Shown in pieces: positions 16,436 through 29,009 of a stretch of 64,000 nucleotides of DNA. The DNA lies in the NCBI GenBank assembly GCA_951406725.2, contig OX597816.1:86614001-86678000 (forward strand), given 5' to 3'. How positions within the stretch are numbered: position 1 is the stretch's first letter; each line of letters begins with the position of its first letter. Below the pieces are notes generated by a model. That model made no database searches. It worked only from the letters and a program-made list of their open reading frames with translations, and was not told the origin of the DNA. The stretch is from Octopus vulgaris. Its lineage: Eukaryota. The position numbers and the translations under genes are program-made.

Positions 16436-16741
16436 AGCCGAGTGAGTAATAAGAAGCAGCAGGTGTAATAACAACTCAACAAGAATTACAACCTGCATAG
16501 CTATAATTATTGAAACGCCAACTGATTATCTCTGATCGTCCATTGACCTAGCCTTTATGGTATTAATATTTGCACTATTTAATTTCCTTCCTTTCCTCTT
16601 GTCATTTTGTGTTGGTAACATTCGTGTCGGGAGGTGGGTTTTCATAGTTTATTTCTGTATTACTCTAGCGTGTTTCATATATGTGTGTGTATATAACTGT
16701 ATTGTACATATGTATAGATAAATATATATATATATATATAT

Positions 16742-16862
16742 ATTTATTATATAGAAGGAGTTCTACAGGACTAGAACTGTTTCATTCAAGAGAAATCTTC
16801 AGGAAGATTTCTCTTGAATGAAACAGTTCTAGTCCTGTAGAAGCTCCTTCTATATAATAAAT
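16742..16862. repeat. Near-perfect fold-back (about 60-bp arms, 2-nt loop) between (TA)n tracts; Penelope-like inverted end
   Basis: ATTTATTATATAGAAGGAG...AAATCTTC-AG-GAAGATTT...CTCCTTCTATATAATAAAT, one indel. Confidence 0.9.
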
Positions 16863-16928
16863 TAATTTTACTCTGCTATGTATTGAGTACCTTATTTACT
16901 GTGGTTAACCCCGAATCAACCCGGGACC

Positions 16929-16972
<44 letters not shown>

Positions 16973-17103
16973 TATATGAATATAGGTATCTAAGAGAAAT
17001 GAGTGAGAGAGAGCGAGAGAGACTGTGTGTGTGTGTGAGTGCATGTGTGCGTAAAATATTATACTACATTTTATATACTATGTATATTATGCTTATTTAC
17101 CTG

Positions 17104-17164
<61 letters not shown>

Positions 17165-17519
17165 CAGACACGCATACATATATGTGTTTGTGCGTCTGTC
17201 TATCTGTCAGTCTGTGTGAGAGTTTTCGCTGACTGATCGCTTGATAAGAGATGGGATGATCCTGCGCTTTAGTTGATGGAATTGGCTTTATTCCAACGAT
17301 AAAAATACATATATCGATTATCCGACAGCATAAACTTCCACCATGAACAGTTGAGTAGATCAGTTTTGGATATATTGCAAGCGGAACCAGCAACTCAACC
17401 AACCCGCAATATATTAAGAATATATTGTTGTCTGTTTTATTATTATTTCTATCCATTCATTTACTGATATAATATTAATTAGCTAATACAATACAATGCA
17501 TTATTTTTGTAATAGTTAT

Positions 17520-17604
17520 TGTTTGTGGTACTAATATTATTATCATAATTATTATTATTATTATTATCATTATATTCATTATTATTATTATTATTATTAT
17601 TATC

Positions 17605-17646
<42 letters not shown>

Positions 17647-17700
17647 CATCATCATTATTATCATCATTATTAATATCATTATTATTATTATTATTATTAA

Positions 17701-17733
<33 letters not shown>

Positions 17734-17804
17734 CATTATTATCATTATCATTATTATCATTATTATTATTATTTTTTTTATTGTTGTTATTATTATTAAT
17801 ATTA

Positions 17805-17871
<67 letters not shown>

Positions 17872-17876
17872 TATTA
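17520..17876. repeat. Compound (TTA)n/(TCA)n microsatellite
   Basis: Direct repeat. Confidence 0.95.
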
Positions 17877-18142
17877 GAGTGAGAGAGCAGCGCATGCCAG
17901 CAAAGTGACATGGGTACACCTTTCCGAAGCCCAATATACCCATCATGACTACACCAGGTAGATGATTAGTGCAAGACCTTTAAGGTAGGGCCCAGTTTAG
18001 AATTTTCTTCAGGTTAACAAGCCCATGCCGCTGAAAAGATCCCTGTATAAGGGCTCCCTGAATAAGGATGATGAACGAAACATCCATGTTCCATTCTTTT
18101 CAGCTATCTAATACTTTCCTGATTATTGTTGCTGTTGTTATT

Positions 18143-18335
18143 AGGCAGCGAGCTGGCAGAATCTTTAGCATACCGGGCGAAATGTTTAACTGTATTTCGT
18201 CTACCACTATGTTTTGGGTTCAAATTCCGCCGAGGTGGACTTTGCTTCTCTTTCTTTCGTGATGGATGAATTAAGTACTAGTGAAACACTTGGGTCGATG
18301 TAAATCTGAGTCCTTCTGCCGGCAGTAGAATGGGT
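18143..18335 (+). mobile_element. SINE family B copy
   Basis: GGCAGCGAGCTGGCAGAA...GGTTCAAATTCCGCCGAGGT. Confidence 0.8.
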
Positions 18336-18524
18336 TATTATTATTATTATTATTATTATTTTCGTCTCAATTCTATTTCCATTTCATGCCGAGAGCCTTC
18401 CTGATACCAAAGGCAGAGAAACGTACTGTATACATTGGTAGGCTATTGAAATAAACACACCAGATTGTTAATTTGCAAAGTCAAGTGATATGGAAAAAAG
18501 GAAAGAGAGAGTGAAAAAGGAAAA

Positions 18525-19250
18525 GAATAACCAAGCTCTTGCTGACGAATCTGTGAAGTATAACATCTATAAAACTTCTGACACCCAGAATTGCGGACTC
18601 TGTGGAAAGAGTGTAGAAATGTGACTCACTTTGTAAATTGATGTGAGAGCCTTGCATAAAAACAATACAAGCGCTGCCACGATAAATTGTGTGTGTGTAT
18701 CTTCATTGGCTCTTATGCCGAAAATACTAATATGGAGTAACAGAGAACCGGTATAAGCATGTACCAAGTAAAGTTAAGCAGCAGGATGGAAAAGTAACGA
18801 TACTCTGGGACAATGATTTTCAGACAGATCGTGTAATCGAACACCGTCGGTCGGATATTGTCATATTGAATAAAAGAGACAAATACTGTCAGATCATTGA
18901 TGTAGCCATACCAAATGACATGAATATTGTGAGTATTAGGTTGAAATAAATCACCAAGTACTCCGAATTCAAAGGGGAAATGGCAAAACTGTATGGAATG
19001 CGAAATAGTAATGTAAAAGTGATGCCAGTGGTGATCGGAGTGTTGGGCTCAATCCCATTGAAAATTCAAGACATCTGAAGGCAAATGGAAATCACATGCA
19101 ACATTGATGTCTTGCAAAAAGCAGCCTTACTGGGCACAGCACACACCTTAAGGAAAGTATTATCTGTCTGAAGTCCTTGTTGAGACTTAACAGATGACTA
19201 AAGACTCCGATGCATTTTTCCTACATGCATTTTTTCCTTGCGAAGGAATA
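18525..19250 (+). mobile_element. RLE-type non-LTR retrotransposon 3' remnant (Cys/His knuckle plus restriction-like endonuclease), R4/Dong-like
   Basis: Degraded frames: CGLCGK.VE, RHD, ILWDNDFQTDRVIEHRRSDIVILNKRDKYCQIIDVAIPND, VMPVVIGVLGSIP, LQKAALLGTAHTLRKVLSV*; followed by (TAA)n. Confidence 0.85.
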
Positions 19251-19251
19251 C

Positions 19252-19283
<32 letters not shown>

Positions 19284-19598
19284 TGCCAACATTATGGAAT
19301 AACAACAGAAAAAAGATGGTATAGGCAAACACCAGAAAAAGTCACAGAAAACGAGAAAGCAACCATACTCTGGGATATGCCAATACACACAGATATAAAA
19401 TACAAAGACCTGGAAATAGAGGTAACCAGAATGTGGAATCTAAAAACAGAAACAATTCTTATCATAGTAGGTGCATTAGGCATGATAAAAAAATATTCAG
19501 ACAAATACAGGCACTCCACACATCCTACGCAGAACACTTTCCATACAATAACCATCAGAGCATCACAACAAATCACAGTACATACCCAAGGCACACAG
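19284..19598 (+). mobile_element. Second RLE-type LINE 3' fragment with internal deletions, bounded by (TAA)n on both sides
   Basis: CQHYG..EKRWYRQTPEKVTENEKATILWDMPIHTD..KYKDLEIEVTRMWNLKTETI.IIVGALG. Confidence 0.8.
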
Positions 19599-19619
19599 AT
19601 AATAATAATAATCATATAG

Positions 19620-20335
19620 ATGCGGAAGAGTGACCTGAAGACAGTGACAGAAACTCTTATATGCGAAGCAAAAGAACAAGCATTAAGGACAATGTGAAAT
19701 GCAGAATCAACTTCATTAATGAGAGCGACAAATGCTGAATGTGTGATGAGAGGGGTGAAACGATAGAGCACATCGTTAGCGAATGCCCTAAATTTGAAAA
19801 ATGCGATTACAATAGATGGTTGAAAATAATGTAAGCATATTCCACCGGAAGCTCTGTGGAACCACGGCCTACAAAGTGCAAAGGCGTGGTATGAGCAAAC
19901 ACCAGAATGTGTCACCGAGAATGAAAATTACCAAATCCTGTGAGAGGCAATGATTCAGTCCGGTCACTTGACCAGATATTGGAAACTGGACATTGTTGTG
20001 GTCAATAAGAAAGAAAAAAAAAACATGCATGATAATCGACAAACCATGTTAATTGACATTGCGTGATAATCAACATAATCCCGGTGACAACAGGATCAGG
20101 AAAAAGCTGAACAACTACGACGATTTGAAATGGCAAATATGAATATAGATGCCAACAGTAATTGCGCGCTTGGTTCAAATGTAAAGATAGAACACCTACA
20201 AAAATCAGCATTGCTTGAAACTTTCGCAGGGTTCTTGAAGCAGGACCAGTGAACAAGTGTCATCTTAGTCAGCTGGCTATGGACGGCTGATCCTTTTCCT
20301 CATACCCAACAAAATATGCTCAGAGTTCTAATCAA
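19620..20335 (+). mobile_element. Third RLE-type LINE 3' fragment
   Basis: LKTVTETLICEAKEQALRT, KC*MCDERGETIEHIVSECP, WYEQTPECVTENENYQIL, DIVVVNKKEK; degraded. Confidence 0.75.
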
Positions 20336-21703
20336 ATGATGATGATGATGATGATGAGGAGGAGGAGGAGGAGGAGGAAGAGGAGGAAGAGGAGGGGGAG
20401 CAGCAGCAGCAGGAGTAGGAGGAGCTGGAATTTATTAGGAATTATCTGAATAAAGCTCGAATTCGTATACAATAAGGTCATTTTTCTTCTGAGTTCAAAT
20501 CTCACCAGGTATGATTTGGTCTTTCATCCGTTCTTGATCTATAAGAAACAAATTCAATTCAATTACTGTTGGCGATGTAATAAAATATAATTAATCTTTT
20601 ATATGATATCGCATTATGACACTTAAACGTCATTGCGACGATTTCTTTTGGGTACGGAGAGTAAAGTTGTGAACGACTATGAAAATTACGTTTTCGATGC
20701 AGATTTGGTTCATGAATGCTTTATTTAAGTTACTATTTTCATCTAACTTACGATTCCAAATGGTAATGGATGACAAAATCTGTAGAGTACATGGTAACAT
20801 CCCATGTACTAGTTAACCAAATTGTGCATTGTGTATTTTGTCCAAATCTCACTGTAGAATAGCTGTAATTTCATGCATGTCTCATGACGTAATAGCATAA
20901 CGTACCGGAGTTCATGACATCGTTAGACAATTGCAAATACGAAGCGAACTTCAGTTATGTAACATTCCCTCATTTTAGATATTTCGAAGTTTAACTGTTT
21001 CGCAATATTGATGCATTTTATGGGTATCTTCTGATATTTCGGTCAGTGTTTATTTCGAAACTGGCTTCTGATAAGATGTTTTATGCCTATCTTATACAAA
21101 ACCCATCAAAACTTTTTCCCTTACTGCTATATAATCGACAACTCTTTCTAAATTGTTGTGACCTTTGCATAGTACCAAGTTAGAAATCGTCGATAATTCA
21201 GTTTTTATGACCATACAAGAGATAGATTCTGCATTATACATATTTTTCTTTAGTTGTAGTTTGCTTCAATTTTGTATATAATATTTTTGAAGATTATAAC
21301 TGCATGCATATCTATGTTTTGGAACTTATATGTGTAAAGATCACTTGGAAACACTTCAAATTCAAACTTATATTTGGTTTTATGTCTTATTTGTTCAAGA
21401 GCTCATACGATTACATAAAGTGTAATATTGCCAGTACTTCTACATTTCGATTTCCAGTGGTCTTCGGAAAGCAGAACGTTTCAAGTACAATTTGTAAAGT
21501 TTAGTTTTCAAATATGATTCGAAAACTTAACTTTGAGCGAAATGGACAATCTACATCGATCACTGTATATATGACTTAGATATCTTATTTTATTACTACA
21601 ACACGAACTAACTGCATTGATTGTTGGTATCTCTTTATCAGTATGTGTTGGCGAAACTCAATATTTCTATTTTTCGTTACAGTATCGGATATCTATCTAT
21701 CTA

Positions 21704-21744
<41 letters not shown>

Positions 21745-21832
21745 GTCTATCAATCTATGTATCTCTCTGTCAGACTGTCTGTCCATCCCTCTGTCTATCT
21801 AACTTAGTATCTATCTGCAGATATATTTAAGT

Positions 21833-21885
<53 letters not shown>

Positions 21886-22435
21886 ACAAGATATTGAGTG
21901 ATCGATAGATAGATATATAGATATGTATATATAAATATGTGTGTGTGTGTGTTTGTGTCTGGGTGTAAGTGAAGAGTTTATAAGTGTCAATATTCTCGTT
22001 TTATACGGAATTGATTTCAAGATACTGTATAAAGAGATATTCATGAAACATTGGTGACGCGCTTGAAAATATGCATCTAATTCTGATAATAGAGCTCAAA
22101 TATCAAGTTATATATATATGTGTGTGTTAAAAACAAATGTATCTGAAAGTGATATTGTGATGCAGAGAAGCAGAGTTGCCGTTGCCACTATGCTATGAAT
22201 GTGCTGTAGAAACGGAGGAAGATTCTCAAACGACAAACTATTCTTAGATATTACGAACGTTGAAGATTTTGTCAAAAAGAATCCAAAGTTTGGCCCACGG
22301 GCAGCCTTTGATATTTCCGGTCCAAAAGGTTTTTGAATGCAATATTACCAGTCTGTTATTTGTAGCTTAAATGTTTACTTCAATGTCCACTGTTCCCCAA
22401 AAGAATTACGTCTGTGTGTGTGTGTGCGAGCGCGT

Positions 22436-22720
22436 GAAGGCACATGACTTTGTGGTTAAGTTTTTGCACATACAATAGCGAGATCGTGGGTTCCATTCTC
22501 AGCCCAATCGTTGCGTTGTGTTCTTGAGTAAAACTATTCATTTCACGTTTGTCTGCGATCGTTTTGTCGTCTCGCATGGTACGTCTTGCACCTTTACAAG
22601 TGATGACGATTTGATGGAAGGACTGAGCCTTTGTGAACACAAAACATTTGATCATTATAAACACATCATTTGTGTGGTTGTTCAGCAAGAAACTGCTGGA
22701 GCCTCTTACGGCGTCTAGTG
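22436..22720 (+). mobile_element. SINE family C-like copy, degenerate
   Basis: tRNA-like head then GTTGTGTTCTTGAGTAAAACTATTCATTTCACG. Confidence 0.55.
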
Positions 22721-22954
22721 ATAGGAATGTCAATAAGTTCTATGTATATATGTATGTTTGAATGGATGGATGGATGAAAGCACGCATGCATGCATGGATG
22801 TATGTATTTATATATATATATATGTGTGTGTGTGTGTATACATGCATATATCCATACATACATGCACACATACATACATACATACATATATACATACATA
22901 CATGCACACATACATACATACATACATACATACATACATACATACATACATACA

Positions 22955-22988
<34 letters not shown>

Positions 22989-25321
22989 CATACATGTGGG
23001 TGTAGTAGTGGATGCATTTAATTAATTCTATGATAAAAAAAAATTTGTGAACATGACGAATTTCGGTGTCAGTTGACACTGATAAGTCAGAGATAGTAGT
23101 TTTAATGTACGTTCTTTCAAAAAGATTCTTAATATTTTGTTGGATCCTTGTTTAACGAGAGTTGTAAGTGTGAGCAGAGCGAATAGTTTTTTTGTTGTTT
23201 TTTTTTTTCCATTTTAAGTTAGAAAGTTCTCTGACGTGGTTCAATGTTAAGTGTGATACTAGCGCAAAGCATAAAAAAAAAACAAGAATAAAATACAGTT
23301 CCTTATACTTCTAGAAGTTGATTCACTTTCATATGGTTACAAAAGTGTCAATAAAATTGGTTAATACAACATTACAACCGGGGAATTTAACCGAGATTAG
23401 TGAGTTTAGTTAAATTTATGGCCATTATATTTGATGGCAATTAAAGTTAATGACTTTTGAATCACAAGACATGAGTTTTAATGGTTATTTGAAGAAATAC
23501 TCACAGACTCAGGATGAATGTGTAATCAAAGGTGACCTACATCTCGCTTTAAAGTAACAAGTGACGGGCTAAAGAATGAATGAGAGAAAAGTAAAGAAAT
23601 CACAAGCACAACAGGAAAACAAAAAATAATTATATTGAATTAACACCTTCGACATTCGATAACAAAAACTACAAAAGTCTTGTAATTAGTTCTTTCGTTG
23701 CAGAACCAAAGCGAATGACACCGAAAATTTGAAATAAATGTGGAAGGTGAAATAAAGTGGTGTTCTCCAATACACTAATTAATCGACTGCTAATCAATAG
23801 TGAATGCCACGCCTTGTATAAATGGATATTTGCTTAACGACAACATTCCGGTTTCATTCCTAATTCATTCATTCACACACTCGTTTATTCTGTCGTTGAG
23901 CCAATCAGCCATTCTTTTATTCCTTATTTCTTTCTTCCTTGATTTGATTCGAGCAACAACGCCTGGAATCGCCAGAAAAACTTGTTTGCTTGCACTTAGT
24001 TCCAAAATGCATACATACATACATACATACATACATACATACATACATACATACATACATACATACATACATACATACATACATACATACAAACATACAT
24101 ATGGATATACATATGTATGTATGCCTTTAAGTATGTGTGCGTCAGTGTTTCCATTGTTTAAGTCGTGATCATTTGTATCCCTTAATTTTAGGGTTGAAAT
24201 GTGGATCGATAACATAAGTATGAGAATGAAATAATTACTGGGATCGATACGATCGACTAAAAACACTTCAAAGCGCTACAAAAGAATGGCCGCAGGTCAA
24301 TGATTGAAACCAGTAAAAGTATGAAAGAATATAAATACGTGATAAAAGCAACAGAAAAATCTATACATTAGCGTGAATATTGACTCTTAATTTTTGTGCA
24401 AAATATCGCTGCTAAAGAGTACAACGAAATAAATGTACGTTTGCATATTTGCAATAATATTGTCGTTTGCATCGTGTTGCCGTATCAGTATGTGTGTGTC
24501 AGTTATTAGTTCTTATTGTGAGCGATTTGTTATATGTTAATCAGTCATAAAATTTAAACGAATATGGATGTCAGATTAATTACGATTACAACGTGTTTCT
24601 AAAATTTCGATAAAAATGTGCCAGCAAAATGTGGATCAAGTGAAATATTTTATTGATGGATGTTTGAAACAGAAAGGACATTAGCTTAAAATATTGGTCG
24701 AGAAAGACAGTTAATTATATTTATGAGAAAATATGCAACCATACTTACAATGCGTGTAGGATGATGAGTATTGTGATTTAACATTTTAGTAAATATATTC
24801 TTGGATATAAGAGCGTATGAAGATGTAGAAAGAGCTAAACTTCACATTTTTATGAATATTTACTGATATTTGATACGATGAGATACATCAAAACCGGTAA
24901 TATTTTCTTTATATATTTTTTTATTAAATTCCCTCTTAAATTGTAATGACATTGACTCGCTTCTGTGCTATTTCCACCTCCATCTTAGATACACACACAC
25001 ACACACACAAACACAAGAAAGTAAAATTGTAAGATGCCGCACGAGTGGAAATATACATAAAAGAAGGTTTCAAAATGCAATTTTAACGATGTTTATTCAC
25101 TTGAGTGGTTCCACTTATTTAGAAAAGGATTGTCAAAAGTAAAATGTAAAGCTTTGTATAAGCTTTGTTGTGTTAAGCACTCGTGGTCACAAAAGTATTA
25201 AAATACATATATATATTCTTTGATGATAATAAGAAAATGAAAAAAAAGTTTACAAGAAAGTATTTAAGAAAATATTCAACAAAAAGTATTAGGAGTTCAA
25301 TCTAAATCATGTTTGTTTAGT

Positions 25322-25363
<42 letters not shown>

Positions 25364-25506
25364 TTCAGTATGCGGCAAAGTAATTTATTTTACTAAGCCC
25401 TTTTATATATTGTAATAATTTGAATTCGCCTTAAATGGTCCCTTTGCATACTGAACACTTGGTGAAATTGATTAATAATTAATTAATTTCACCCTCAATT
25501 GTTGAA

Positions 25507-25537
<31 letters not shown>

Positions 25538-25620
25538 TATTAGAGACAAAACCACTATTTTGCAAAACAAACAAGGAAAGACTTAATCAATACATAAAAT
25601 TTTAAATATATATATGTACT

Positions 25621-25745
25621 TTATTTAAAAGCAGCAAAAATTCAACAAAACCTGTTACTCGAAGTTTCACGTTCCCGTTCGTCGAACAAAACTGTCCGAC
25701 GAACGAGTAACAGGTTTTGTTGAATTTCTGCTGCTTTTAAATAAA
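25621..25745. repeat. Inverted repeat carrying a minimal hammerhead-like motif (Penelope-type)
   Basis: Arms TTATTTAAAAGCAGCAAAAATTCAACAAAACCTGTTACTCG / CGAGTAACAGGTTTTGTTGAATTTCTGCTGCTTTTAAATAA; minus strand YCGACGA-acg ggaa cgt-GAAA-cttcgag-TA. Confidence 0.7.
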
Positions 25746-25989
25746 GCATATTACTCTACCCCTGGTATTTGAGTACTCTTTTTTCCACCTTGTTTCACAT
25801 TTATGTGTTTACTCCGGTATATATATATATATATATATATACACAGAAGGAGATATATTTAAGAATTTACAAAAAATTGGAGAGGAACCAACCTGTCTTT
25901 TTGGTATTTTTTCTGTTTTGTGACAGAAAACTTTTTTTGTGACAGAACAATGACAAAAACATCACGTGATATCGTGATTGACGAGGCTA

Positions 25990-26225
25990 TCAGATGATGG
26001 TAAACATCGCTGATCACAATGTGTTTTATCTTATTTTAGCCTTCAAATGACGCCACCCCACTGAATAAGCGAGCAAGCCAACATCCCTCCCAACCTTGGT
26101 CGAATGGGTAACTAGAGCAACGTGAAACAAAGTGTTTTGCTCAAGAAGACAACGTGCCACCTAATCGAGGAATCAAACCCATGATCTAATGATCGTGAGG
26201 GTAACAGCCTTACCACTAGTCCATG
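25990..26225 (-). mobile_element. SINE family C-like copy, degenerate
   Basis: GAGCAACGTGAAACAAAGTGTTTTGCTCAAGAA shared with 10710-10750. Confidence 0.6.
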
Positions 26226-26849
26226 TATATGTATATGTATGTATATGCAGATTCATATGTAGGGTCATAGATATATGCAGTGAATAATATAAAATGATAA
26301 TACGGGAGGAACTTGGTTTGAAATATATATTACTTGCATAACGCTTAATGGAAATTGTATCAAGGTTTCGAACTAAAGTCACTCACTAGACGAAAGTGAA
26401 ATTTATTCGAGTATGGAAGTGATATGGTCAATGTGATAGAGAAAAATAGAGGGTTATGAAACAGATGGGGCGGAATTAAAAAAAAGAGGAACGGTTGAGT
26501 TTGTAGTTGCACGTATAGTAGTGTAGCTGTGTCTCGAAGCGGTCACCAAGTGGGAGTTGTGTATATGTGTATTTTCGTATGGTGTATGTGTAGAAGAGTG
26601 GAGATGTAATCATATAAGCGATTTGGTGGGTGTATGTAAGGAGGTGAGAACGGATACGTGTGTGAATAAAAAAATACCAGTAACGCAATTCGGATCGCAG
26701 GAGCAATGAAGATGTGTGTGTGTGTGTGCATGTGTTTGTGTGTGTTTGTGAGTGTGTGTGTGTGTGTGTCTGTGTGTGTGTGTGTGTGTGTATGTGTGTG
26801 TGTATGTGTGTGTGTGTGTGTTTGCGTCTGGAAGTGGAAGACAAAAGTA

Positions 26850-27694
26850 CGTAGGAGTGTGGAACGTTTTAACAAACTGTGAACGTTTAAAGTACAGTAT
26901 GGAAAAGAGAGGGAAAGCGAGAAACAGTACGAATTATACAAAAACAGGTTATACAAAACTTCACTGCAGCATGTGTCGAAACTATGGTAAGAAATTAGAA
27001 CGATCCATCGAGAAGAGACAGTTGTGATGAGTAACTGGTATCAGAGGAGAAATAGAAAAATTGAAGAGGTTTAAAGCTAGAATTGACACAGGGGGGCAGT
27101 GAAGACAAAATTTATCTCTTTTTAAAGAAGATTGGAGAGTGAAGGAAGAGAAGCAGAAGGAGTAATGTAGATTTTGGCAGTTACAGTAAAGTGAATGTGA
27201 CAAATGAAAGTGCGGGGATTGTTTAAGGTATGTAGCAAAACATGACAGGAGTGCAGGAGATAAGAATTGCGTTGTAAGTGTGCGTACTAGCTGTGACTGG
27301 GGGGTTTCTGCATAAAGATGTGTGTATGCGTGTGTATGCGTGCCTAAGTGGAGAACGGTATTGTATGTAGAGGAGACCAACTGTATGTTTGTGAGAGTAT
27401 GTGTATATGTGACGAATGGATGTGTGTGCATATGTGTATATACGTGTGCCAGTGTGTCTATTTGTCAAAGAGACAAGACTGTAGATGAACAGAAAGATGT
27501 AGATGGGCGTGTTTAATGTACGAAATGTGGTGGATGGTATGTATATGATTCCATATATGTGAGTATGCGTGAGTAAGTATAGCGGTGTACGTGTGCTTGC
27601 GTCAAGAATACAAGAATTTCGAATAAAAAGGTGTGTATATGTATGTACGCAATTGAAAGGTGTAAACGTATGCGGGTGGGGCCACCAAGAACAG

Positions 27695-27738
<44 letters not shown>

Positions 27739-28100
27739 TATAGAGTGTGTTCAGCTTGTATATGTAGGTGTGAATTTGGTGCAGAGTGAGATGTATGTTG
27801 TGAAGAAAAGAGTGAATGGGGTGTAAGGTGCTGCGTGGGAGAAAGGGAGACCAGTAAATGGAAGTGTATAGTTCTGAAGCGGAGAAGGAAATGAAGGTAG
27901 TGAATTTAGAATGAAAGGCACGTACGTTTGTAGGGAGAAGATAAGCTCCTGTTCCATTTAGAAGAAAGTGTTGAAAGTACAACAGAAGAACACATAATAT
28001 TGGATAATGTGATCGGCGGGAAAATGTAATAAAGGAAGAAAAAATATCATGATCTGGTAGAATTTTGATCCTTAAGCGTGTAACAAATGCATATATTCGG
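26850..28100 (-). mobile_element. Highly degraded possible Penelope-like (GIY-YIG) element
   Basis: Weak: minus strand TYNAILISCTPVMFCYI recalls the NVIYxIxCxxC..YIG motif; hammerhead-like motif nearby at 28276. Confidence 0.3.
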
Positions 28101-28387
28101 TAAAGATTACCAAGCGAAGGCTGTGATATATATATATATACTACCTCGAACACACAAGTGCAAACAAGGGAGTCAGAGAAAGGCAGAATGCCACTTAAAT
28201 CTGAACACTACTATAGAAATATTGTTTTAAAAAAACTTTTCTTCTAATTTTTCTAAATTTAATTATTTAATCGTTACAGTTGAAAAGGTCTCAAAATGAC
28301 CGAAACCGGTACTGAAATGTTCACTATAAAATTATTTTAGCATTTTCTATTTTTTACTTGTTTTTTCATATATATATATATATATAC

Positions 28388-28752
28388 ATTCTTTTATTTG
28401 CTTCAGTCATTTGACTGCGGTCATACCGGATCACCGCTCTTAGTCGAAAAAATCAACCCAAGGACTTATTCTATGTAAGCCTAGTAATTATCCCATCGGT
28501 CTCTTTTGCCGAACTGCTAGGTTACGTTGATGAAGTGCACCAAGCGATGGTGAGGGGTAGACAAACACAGACACACAAACATATACACATCTATATATAT
28601 ATATATATATACCACGGGCTTCTTTCAGTTTCCGTCTACCAAATCCACTCACAACGATTTGGTCGCCCCGAGGATACAGTAGACGGCACATCTCCAAGGT
28701 GCCACGCAGTGAGACTGAACCGAGAACCATGTAGTCGGTAAGGAAGCTACTT
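28388..28752 (-). mobile_element. Host SINE family A, downstream part (B box, core, tail), interrupted at 28752
   Basis: Collinear with intact copy 42175-42560; B-box-like GGTTCAGTCTC at 28711-28721 (minus). Confidence 0.9.
28737..28752. repeat. Target-site motif copy 1, GGTAAGGAAGCTACTT
   Basis: Repeated as GGTAAGAAGCTACTT at 30856, 32860 and 34998. Confidence 0.9.
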
Positions 28753-29009
28753 TATTTTATATAATTTTCCACTAGGGCAGCACACAGAGTAGTAGCTACG
28801 GGCTGGACAAGGACATTAATGGATGATGGTGGTGGTGGATGAAGATGGTGATGGGAGAAGTCAAAAGCGCCCGCCGACTCTCGCTTCTCTAAAACAATGT
28901 TCAATAATTACATTTAATAAAAATGTTCACAATGATCAAATTACATATTTTAGAGGAGGCATAAACCTCCTCTTCAACATGTTACAAAAATGTTCAACAA
29001 TTCTCCCCG

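Noticed and set aside
28770-28808. 3'-tail GTAGCTAC as an RNA guide complementary to the target, or as a conserved stem-loop
   Set aside because: Only a 7-8 nt match within a palindrome, and copy 3 changes it without compensation
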